This document shows positions 40,090 through 47,275 of a stretch of 64,000 nucleotides of DNA, piece by piece (the first letter of the stretch is position 1; every line of letters begins with the position of its first letter). A program made the translations under genes and the position numbers. The notes below the pieces were generated by a model. It worked only from the letters and a program-made list of their open reading frames with translations, ran no database searches and was not told the origin of the DNA. Source of the DNA: a virus; IMG/VR virus record IMGVR_UViG_3300027798_000016, positions 1-64,000 of that record. One strand, 5' to 3'.

Positions 40090-40620
40090 CTTAGTAGAGC
40101 GATTCTATCGCTCTTGAATTTCGCATTGCTTCGCAATCGCTCATTCAGTTTTTATTGTTTAAGGTTTTAACGGTAAAGTATTGTAATGCAAGTGATGAAA
40201 CATTTTGATTACTTGACACTGATGATTCAGTCACACTTAGCCCTGTTAAGGACTAAGAGAAAACTTGACACCGAAGTCCAAGCCACATCCAACTAAAGAA
40301 ACTTGTTAAAGTAAGGGCGGTCACGCTGTACCCTTTTACACTCATCTTATATGACGCTACCGTATTGACCTAGTTGAAATCGTCGATACAGCATGTAGGT
40401 TGTAATAGTTCACCAGAGCCTACTCATTTTAGCTTTCGTATACTAATCCCAGTTCTTTTCAAGCAATTGAACTTCGTCCTGTGAAGGATAGTGGGCGTTA
40501 GTCTCTGCTACTGCACAGAATTTCCTTCCCCAGCGCAACCCTAGTGCCTGGTTTTATGGGTGTCTAAATATATCGGCGACACTGGCCTATCAGTAGTGAT
40601 CTTGTCGTTGTGAGTTTGCT
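40090..40620 (-). ncRNA. Putative large structured non-coding RNA (family not identified)
   Basis: No ORF of 60 aa or more in the track. At least 8 hand-found stems, several needing G-U pairs available only on the minus strand; cUUCGg loop; candidate pseudoknot. Boundaries approximate. Confidence 0.6.
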
Positions 40621-40721
40621 AATTGAATTTGCGAAATCGCTGTGAGTGTCTACATTGCGTAGTAAATTAGCCAGGATGAGTTATTGTACACTTTAATTAT
40701 CAAATGAGCCAGGTGAGTTAT
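40605..40721. repeat. Short imperfect direct repeats
   Basis: aaattagccaggatgagttat (40664-40684) / aaatgagccaggtgagttat (40702-40721); tcgttgtgagt (40605) / tcgctgtgagt (40637). Confidence 0.7.
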
Positions 40722-40729
40722 AGCCGTTA

Positions 40730-41158
40730 TTACAGCTTGTTTATTATGTGTGAGCCATGTACACGAACACTAATTTGTCCATTGTAATAATCTGTCGATT
40801 CCAATACTTTTCTATCAAATTGTTCTTTGGCCTCTATGTAAGAGCATACAGCCTTTGAATTACAGTAATGTAGAATCTCTCTAATAAAGTTATCTCTACC
40901 AAGAGATTCTACATCTTTGTTCAACTGATCGTTGCTACCGTAGTATTCTTTCCAGTCTGAGTCAATCTTAGAACGAATACGCTTTTTCTTCTTGACTCCA
41001 TTTTTCTGTTTGACCACTTTATAGGTAGTCTTGGAAAACTTTGCTAACTTTTTGCCAACATACATCCGCTGGTCAGTTTTATTTGTTATAAGATAAACAA
41101 AACCAACGCATTCTTCGGGAAGTACATCTACCACAGTACCTTGATACAGCCAAGTCAT
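40730..41158 (-). CDS. Compact GIY-YIG family nuclease
   Basis: GFVYLITN....RMYVGKK (GIY-YIG variant), WKEYYGS, FIREIL, conserved E and YYN; Lys-rich insert. Confidence 0.8.
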   Translation of the reverse strand: MTWLYQGTVVDVLPEECVGFVYLITNKTDQRMYVGKKLAKFSKTTYKVVKQKNGVKKKKRIRSKIDSDWKEYYGSNDQLNKDVESLGRDNFIREILHYCNSKAVCSYIEAKEQFDRKVLESTDYYNGQISVRVHGSHIINKL

Positions 41159-41346
41159 TACTTGGGAGTTGACAGGGCTTCTTTCTCGGCTGTAATCTCT
41201 TTACGGCGTTCTTTGATTGCTTTGCTCATTTCTTGTAATGCTTTGCGAGCACGAGCGGCCGCGGCTTTGACACCTTTTGCAGTGAACTTTTCGTTTTCGC
41301 TTTTGTAGTTCTCAAACTGCTCTAACAATGTTTCGTGATTTGACAT
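41158..41346 (-). CDS. Small basic histone H1-like (Hc1-type) protein
   Basis: EKF..KGVKAAAARARKALQEMSKAIKERRKEI pattern; coupled to the GIY-YIG gene by TAATG. Confidence 0.7.
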   Translation of the reverse strand: MSNHETLLEQFENYKSENEKFTAKGVKAAAARARKALQEMSKAIKERRKEITAEKEALSTPK

Positions 41347-41357
41347 TTAATGTCCCC

Positions 41358-43136
41358 TTAGTTAATTTCATTTACCTGTGTGTCAGTATCAAGCATGGTG
41401 AATCCGTTTTCTTTAACAACCATAAGCACATTGTTGACTCGACTGGCCAACTCATCTCTATGTGAAATTAAGAAAATGTTCCGATTCATTTCTCTTCCCA
41501 TGGCTTTTAATACAGCCATCGATGCTTCAATACCAACACTATCCATTCCAGAATCTACCAACTCGTCGATAAACAACAAGTTCATTGGCTCTGTAAAGCT
41601 TTCATACACATCTCTAAAACTCCAGCTTAGTGCTAGAATTAAACGATTGCGTTCTCCCCTACTCAAATTATCAAAATCAAAAGTTTGACCCAATTGACTG
41701 ATATCAACTTCCAAATCGCTTCTAAAAGAAACCTGATGTGGCAATTGTAACTTATCCAAGTAATAACCCAATCTGTGATTCAAATACGCAAGATTCTGTT
41801 CAATAATGCGTTTTCGGACAAATGAGTCTTTGCTTGTAAGTAATTTTAGTAAAAATTCCTGATGCTCTAGAAGCTTACTTACACGGTTAATTTCATCCCA
41901 GCTAACCTCTGCAAGGGCTGTATTTTTAAGAGCACCAATTTGTTCTTGATAAGGATCATGTTCGGCGATCCTGGTTTCCAATTGCTTTTTTGCATTGTCA
42001 AGATTATTTTTATGAGCCATGGCATCTTCAACATTGATATATTTTGTTGAAGGACGATCTGCAAGATTACCAATTTGTTTGACTGTGGCATTGGCCTGAT
42101 CCAATGCTGTTTGTTCTTCGGCCTTTGACTTTTCAATCAGTTCGATGGCATCTTCTGCTTTTGAAATCATCACATCATGTGTTGAATCATGAACCTCTTG
42201 CCCACAGCTGGGACATTGATGATCAACAATGGCTTCTAAATTAGATTGAGCCAAGGTCATGGCATCTGCTAACTTTTTAATGTTGCTCTGATGCATGGCC
42301 AGTTCTTTATTGGCTAACTTTAGGCGACTTTCATTTTCTTTGAATACCACCAACGAGCGATGCGCTTCGAGTTCAGCCTCAATGTCTGTATTTTCTAATT
42401 CCGTGATGGCTGAACCAAAACTGCTGATTTCATCTTCCTTCTTCTTGGTCCAAATACGGCTTCTGCGTTCTAAGTCATCAATGCTGGTTTGTACTCTGAC
42501 ATTACTTTCTTGCAGAGCCTTGATGCGAGCATCTTCATCTCGAATTACTTCTTTGCTAGATTTAATTTGTTCTCTAAGAATTTCAGCCTTCTCACTCAAC
42601 TGTGTGATGCCCAGCAGTTCTTCAATGATATCACGCTGGTCTCCACTCTTGAGACTCAGGAACGGTTGTGTATAAGTGTTCAATGCAACCAAGTGTTTGA
42701 ACATTTCAGCACTCATGCCAACAACTCTATCAATGGCTTCTTGGGTCACTCGGTTTTCGCCCGCACCCTCATCGGTACCTGCTTCACTTACTTCTTGGTC
42801 GTCAACAATGAATCTCAGCAAGTTGGGTTTGCGACCACGCTCAATGGTATACTTGTTGCCGTTTTTCTCAAACTCAACTGTAACAATCATGTTCTTGGCA
42901 TTGGTCTTGTTGATCAAGTTTTCTTTGCGTATGTTTGTGAGTGCAGATCCAAATATGGCATAACTGAGTGCATTGACAATGGTGGTTTTACCCACACCAT
43001 TTCTAGCACCGTCACCGCCCAGGTCTAGATTGTTACCCAGTACCAAGGTCATACCATACTGATCCATACGAAGAGCTTGGGTAACATTACCCACGCTCAT
43101 AAAATTCTTAATGGTTATATTTTTAAACTTGATCAA
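41358..43136 (-). CDS. gp46: Recombination ATPase subunit (Rad50/SbcC-like)
   Basis: IKNFMSVG, Walker A NGVGKTT, zinc hook CPSC, signature LSRGE, Walker B LLFIDE, ISH. Confidence 0.96.
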   Translation of the reverse strand: MIKFKNITIKNFMSVGNVTQALRMDQYGMTLVLGNNLDLGGDGARNGVGKTTIVNALSYAIFGSALTNIRKENLINKTNAKNMIVTVEFEKNGNKYTIERGRKPNLLRFIVDDQEVSEAGTDEGAGENRVTQEAIDRVVGMSAEMFKHLVALNTYTQPFLSLKSGDQRDIIEELLGITQLSEKAEILREQIKSSKEVIRDEDARIKALQESNVRVQTSIDDLERRSRIWTKKKEDEISSFGSAITELENTDIEAELEAHRSLVVFKENESRLKLANKELAMHQSNIKKLADAMTLAQSNLEAIVDHQCPSCGQEVHDSTHDVMISKAEDAIELIEKSKAEEQTALDQANATVKQIGNLADRPSTKYINVEDAMAHKNNLDNAKKQLETRIAEHDPYQEQIGALKNTALAEVSWDEINRVSKLLEHQEFLLKLLTSKDSFVRKRIIEQNLAYLNHRLGYYLDKLQLPHQVSFRSDLEVDISQLGQTFDFDNLSRGERNRLILALSWSFRDVYESFTEPMNLLFIDELVDSGMDSVGIEASMAVLKAMGREMNRNIFLISHRDELASRVNNVLMVVKENGFTMLDTDTQVNEIN

Positions 43137-44155
43137 TTGGTAAGTCCCTGATAGATATGTGCCAGTATTTGTTTGTCAATGTGAGCAGAGTCGATGGCCT
43201 GTATTTGATTGAGTACAATTGCATCAACACTTTCAAATTTTATCTCTCCACCAGTCCACTCTGTTGCATGTTCTTCTGTTTTGCCGGGACTCAGACTGAG
43301 TTCTCGCATGTTGTATGCGTCTACCCATTGCTCTTTGATGTAGCTGGCTTCTTCATAACTGATGTCCACATCAATTGTGACTCTGGCAAAGGTTTGATTG
43401 TCAAACAGTTCTGCATGACGGTCAATGGCCTGAGTCAATGTAAGTGTTTTAAACTTGGGTGCTGAAGGCCAGGTTCTAAATTCTGGCTCTCCGCCGTACT
43501 CCAAGAACATACAGCCACGCTCATCATCCCAAGCATCTGCATAGTTGTGTGGAAAGCAATTGCCCATGTACACCACATTGCCTCTGCGCTGTCGTTTATG
43601 GAAGTGTCCTGAGAACACCAGCTCTTGATTGGGAAAGTGTCCTTCGTTTAGTCCACCATGGTCTGGCATTTCTACCATGGCATTCATTTTAAAGTGTGGC
43701 AGTTCAAAGTGTCCAAACACATAGCGACTCTTTAACTTTTTCATGTCCTCCCATTCACTGCCAACCAGCCAAGGAACAATGGTCATGTCACCAATGGTGG
43801 TAATTTCATCTATTAAATTGACATTGCTCAAGTGTTTGGCAAAGGGCAGTGAATTGATCTCTCGCTTCTCTCTGTATGCTAAATCATGATTGCCCATGAT
43901 AACATACACCTGTTCAAAGTTTTCCGACAGATACTTGATATTTGACGTGGTATAGTTAAGAGTACTGACATTGACAGCGGACCTGTTGTTGTGCCAATCG
44001 CCAAGGAAGATGCATGTTTCAGCACCTGCTTGTTTGGCTTCCTGGGTCATCCACTTGATAAAGTTTTCACAATCATCATTATGGGCTCTGCTGTTGTTTC
44101 TTAGGCCAAAATGAATATCTGTAAAGCATACGGCTTTTTTAAAAGGTTGGGTCAT
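43133..44155 (-). CDS. gp47: Recombination nuclease subunit (Mre11/SbcD-like)
   Basis: DIHFG, LGDW, GNHD, GHFE, SGHFH metallophosphoesterase motifs. Confidence 0.95.
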   Translation of the reverse strand: MTQPFKKAVCFTDIHFGLRNNSRAHNDDCENFIKWMTQEAKQAGAETCIFLGDWHNNRSAVNVSTLNYTTSNIKYLSENFEQVYVIMGNHDLAYREKREINSLPFAKHLSNVNLIDEITTIGDMTIVPWLVGSEWEDMKKLKSRYVFGHFELPHFKMNAMVEMPDHGGLNEGHFPNQELVFSGHFHKRQRRGNVVYMGNCFPHNYADAWDDERGCMFLEYGGEPEFRTWPSAPKFKTLTLTQAIDRHAELFDNQTFARVTIDVDISYEEASYIKEQWVDAYNMRELSLSPGKTEEHATEWTGGEIKFESVDAIVLNQIQAIDSAHIDKQILAHIYQGLTN

Positions 44156-44158
44156 CAG

Positions 44159-44350
44159 TTAGTGTAACATTTCTGCAAGTTTTTGTCTACATCTTTCTAT
44201 TTCTTCTTTGATGTATAGTTTCTTCTTTTTCATTTCTCGGATCGACAAGTTGTCTTTGTAACTGGCCTCCATGGCATGAATTTTACGATCCATTTCATTG
44301 TGCGAGTTTTCCAAATGACTAATGTGATGTATTAGACTATCAGCATGCAT
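44159..44350 (-). CDS. DUF465-like small coiled-coil protein
   Basis: LENSHNEMDRKI...MKKKKLYIKEEI pattern; GGAG SD. Confidence 0.65.
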   Translation of the reverse strand: MHADSLIHHISHLENSHNEMDRKIHAMEASYKDNLSIREMKKKKLYIKEEIERCRQKLAEMLH

Positions 44351-44362
44351 TGTTGACTCTCC

Positions 44363-44731
44363 TTATTGTTTTAAAAATTGAGCCAGTTGTGGTGGCTCCC
44401 ATCCTACAGGTTTTAATACCTTGCCGTCTCTACGCTTACGAACCTTGCCGGTCTCTGAATCAATCTTGGCAAAGTTTGTTTTCATAACTTCTTTCCACGC
44501 ACCTTCTGCATCGGCACCCATGCTGTGTATGGTACCAATGGTGACAACCAATATATCAATCAAGGCATCAAGTGCTTCGACATTGTCATTCATGTCACAT
44601 GCGTGTTTGTATTCTTTATATTCTTCTTCAATCAGTTTTGAGTACAGCACAAACTGAGGTAAGTTGTCCTCACCTACAGTTTGATCGCATGCCCGCATGA
44701 ACTTTTCTTGATCACGAAATGGATTCGTCAT
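44363..44731 (-). CDS. MazG-like NTP pyrophosphohydrolase
   Basis: LIEEEYKE...EALDALIDILVV...EVMKTNFAK...DGKVLKP.GWEPP. Confidence 0.85.
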   Translation of the reverse strand: MTNPFRDQEKFMRACDQTVGEDNLPQFVLYSKLIEEEYKEYKHACDMNDNVEALDALIDILVVTIGTIHSMGADAEGAWKEVMKTNFAKIDSETGKVRKRRDGKVLKPVGWEPPQLAQFLKQ

Positions 44732-45668
44732 TTGTTGCTTCCCCTTCATCTACTAGAGTTGCGGCCAATGCTTCTGCATCTTTGAGAGCATTCAGTCGTT
44801 CAACTTCCGCATGGTGATGTTGCGAACTTTCCATCTGACGAGTCCAACTTGGCATTTGTCCTGAGTTCTGTAACATATCATCGCGAATATCACGCTGTCG
44901 TTTTTCTACATTAAGCACACGAGTAAAGCTATTTGTTACTGCGGCAGTGTAATAAGCAAATGGGTTTTGACTTTTGCCTTCATCAAACTGTAGTGCAATT
45001 TGTGTCAGCTGAATCAATGCCTGTCCACGCATTTCATCCACATAGCTGTAGCCTCGCCAGTTACTTCGTAAACTATAACGCTCGCATAGCTTTAAGAACA
45101 TGGCACCTAGTCGATTGGTAATCTGTCCGTGTTCAACAGAAAAATTACCAGTCTTTACATCGCCCTTCCAATGACTACGCAATACTTCTCGCCATGTGCC
45201 ATCTTCGTTGATTACAAAATGTTTGAATGGAGGAAAGTTTACTTTACTACGATGGTCAGCAAGACTTTTAGGATTGTTTTTACGACCTGGTTCCAGTGGA
45301 ATATGTTCAAATGTCATGAGACGAACAACCAAGTCAGCAGTGGGAATCTTCTTGGCTAAAATTTCAAACTCATCTGCCTTTGGCTTGGTACTGGCTTTGC
45401 CGCCTGCGGCTTCCCAATTGGCCAATCCTTGCTTGTGAGCAATTTGGCTCAGCCTGCTGGCTCTGGCTTCTTTGGCCAGATTAATTGCACCTTCGGGACA
45501 AGCTTTTGTTTTTCGGTTATGAAAACTTTTTAAGTCAGCAACGATGTAGTCATACTGTTGAAATTCCAGGGATTCCTTCCAACAGTAACTCATTTTGCTA
45601 CGATGTATTTCTGCAAGAATATCTTTGTTTTTAAGATAAACTGTTTTTGTTTTTTCTTCTTCTATCAC
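44712..45668 (-). CDS. gp55: Late-transcription sigma factor
   Basis: YLKNKDILAEI...NWRGYSYVDEM...FDEGKSQNPFAYYTAAVTNSFTRVLNVEKRQ; GTG start with AAGGAG SD. Confidence 0.88.
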   Translation of the reverse strand: MIEEEKTKTVYLKNKDILAEIHRSKMSYCWKESLEFQQYDYIVADLKSFHNRKTKACPEGAINLAKEARASRLSQIAHKQGLANWEAAGGKASTKPKADEFEILAKKIPTADLVVRLMTFEHIPLEPGRKNNPKSLADHRSKVNFPPFKHFVINEDGTWREVLRSHWKGDVKTGNFSVEHGQITNRLGAMFLKLCERYSLRSNWRGYSYVDEMRGQALIQLTQIALQFDEGKSQNPFAYYTAAVTNSFTRVLNVEKRQRDIRDDMLQNSGQMPSWTRQMESSQHHHAEVERLNALKDAEALAATLVDEGEATNDESIS

Positions 45669-45687
45669 AATAAGCTCCTTATGAACT

Positions 45688-45716
45688 AGTATAGCAGATT
45701 CATTTTACCTTGTCAA
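45688..45716 (-). promoter_or_regulatory. sigma70-type promoter of the gp55-gp47-gp46 operon
   Basis: TTGACA-N17-TATACT. Confidence 0.85.
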
Positions 45717-45744
45717 CGGTAAAGTAGGTACATAATAAGAACGG

Positions 45745-45750
45745 TAAATA
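45745..45750 (+). promoter_or_regulatory. Late promoter motif TAAATA
   Basis: cggTAAATAg heading the + strand baseplate operon. Confidence 0.65.
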
Positions 45751-45768
45751 GACATGGAGATACCATCT

Positions 45769-46416
45769 ATGAAGATTACCGATTTACAACCCCGCATCAT
45801 TGCCATTTACGCAGGCCGCTTTCATCCATTTCATCGTGGACATGCTGAAGTGTTTCAAGAGCTGGCCTCCAAGTTTGGCATTAACAATACTTACATAACC
45901 ACCAGCGGGAAGGTAGAGCCGAATAAAAGTCCGTTCACATTTGCAGAAAAATTAATAATGATGCAGGCGGCTGGTGTAACGGCCGATCATGTCACTGAAG
46001 AAACAACTCCGTATGCTCCTCAAAATTTACCGTCTAAGTTAAATTTGAACTCAGACAAAGACATTATGGTGTTTGGCGTTGGACAAAAGGACATGTCCGA
46101 AGATCCAAGATTCACCTTCTCTCCGTTGAAAGACGGATCACCAAGTTACTTTCAGAAGTACACAGGTAAAAACATGATGCCGTTCAGCAACAAGAAAAAT
46201 GATGATGGCACTCGAGCCGGCCACGGATATGTAATACCAGTGTCCGATGTTGAATTCAGCATTGCTGGTAAAAAGATAAACAGCGCCAGCCAAATTAGAG
46301 AGTTGTATCAGAATGCAACCGATGAAGGAAGAACTGTAATCTTGAATGAACTCTATCCAAACGGTGGATCAGCAATCAAAAAAATCAAACGCATCTTTGA
46401 TGCAAAATTAGGTTAA
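45769..46416 (+). CDS. Cytidylyltransferase-like (HIGH-motif) nucleotidyltransferase
   Basis: YAGRFHPFHRGH, SPFTFAEK, SASQIR; GGAG SD before ATG 45769. Confidence 0.8.
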   Translation: MKITDLQPRIIAIYAGRFHPFHRGHAEVFQELASKFGINNTYITTSGKVEPNKSPFTFAEKLIMMQAAGVTADHVTEETTPYAPQNLPSKLNLNSDKDIMVFGVGQKDMSEDPRFTFSPLKDGSPSYFQKYTGKNMMPFSNKKNDDGTRAGHGYVIPVSDVEFSIAGKKINSASQIRELYQNATDEGRTVILNELYPNGGSAIKKIKRIFDAKLG

Positions 46417-46417
46417 T

Positions 46418-46975
46418 ATGGCAAAAATAGCAACACCGGTCTCACTTTCATTCAAAGCATTTTCTTCCAACGGAACAGTGGAGTGGCCTGCTACGCCCAA
46501 GATCAATCAAAGCATTGAAGTAAACTACAGCACATGGGAACTTCAGCACACCAACTATCAACCTAGCGCATTTGGCAATCGTGCAACTCCAGTGATCAGC
46601 ATCAGTGGCCCTTGGTTTAGTCGTAGTGCTGAAGAGGCAATTAGAACAATAAATGCCATTCACCTGTTACGAAGTGCCACCAGCATGTACTATGGCCGAG
46701 GTGACCCAAAGAAAGGTACACCTCCTCCCATTGGAAGATTTACAGCACATGGATTCTACAACAATACTCCAGTGGTGGTAAAAAGTTTTAACTATGATTT
46801 CCCCAACGATGTAGATTACATAACTGCTTCAGCATTGGGTGGAACAATGGCAGTACCGGTGTTGTTTGAAATGTCAGTCAGCTTGATTGTTCAAATTAAT
46901 CCGCTGGAAGCTGTCAAAACCTACACACTTGAAAAGTTTCATTCAGGCCAGTTACTTGGAAATGGATACATTTAA
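46418..46975 (+). CDS. Baseplate / tube-initiator protein
   Basis: TP.INQSIEVNY....QHTNY...GTPPPI...PVVVKSFNYDFPNDVDYI; precedes the gp53-like gene. Confidence 0.65.
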   Translation: MAKIATPVSLSFKAFSSNGTVEWPATPKINQSIEVNYSTWELQHTNYQPSAFGNRATPVISISGPWFSRSAEEAIRTINAIHLLRSATSMYYGRGDPKKGTPPPIGRFTAHGFYNNTPVVVKSFNYDFPNDVDYITASALGGTMAVPVLFEMSVSLIVQINPLEAVKTYTLEKFHSGQLLGNGYI

Positions 46976-47275
46976 ATGGAAACTGTTGGAATTAATCAGT
47001 ACGCAAATACACCAGTAAACGATTTTTATTTAGATCGCGCTGTATTGCCTGCCGCAGAAGACATGCTCAGAAATAAAACGCCTGAGCTGTTGGTAGTGGC
47101 TCCCAAGTATCAGTACCGCATGGATTTATTAAGTTATGATCTATACGGCACCAGTGAGTACTGGTGGGTGATTGCGCTACTCAACAGAGATCAGATCAAA
47201 GATCCTATCAGAGATTTAAAAATTGGAATGACATTGATAGTATTGTCTAAAAAAGATATTGCTGGAGTAACATAA
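46976..47275 (+). CDS. gp53: Baseplate wedge protein (LysM-like)
   Basis: YQYRMDLLSYDLYGTSEYWWVIALLNRDQIKDPI. Confidence 0.85.
   Translation: METVGINQYANTPVNDFYLDRAVLPAAEDMLRNKTPELLVVAPKYQYRMDLLSYDLYGTSEYWWVIALLNRDQIKDPIRDLKIGMTLIVLSKKDIAGVT

Noticed and set aside
40211-40271. Two + strand TTGACA hexamers as sigma70 promoters
   Set aside because: No -10 element at 16-18 nt; better explained as repeated hairpin arms.
40505-40535. RNase P RNA or tmRNA (GAAGGAAAUUCUGUGC loosely resembles the RNase P GAGGAAAGUCC motif)
   Set aside because: No matching 3' P4 partner found, and no tRNA-like end or tag reading frame.
40236-40540. Group I intron call for the structured gap (GCAGAGACUA resembles the R element; UAGUCC occurs downstream)
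   Set aside because: No interrupted gene, no convincing P4/P6 pairing or AAGAUA before UAGUCC, and both segments fit better in local stems. Distant relationship is not excluded.
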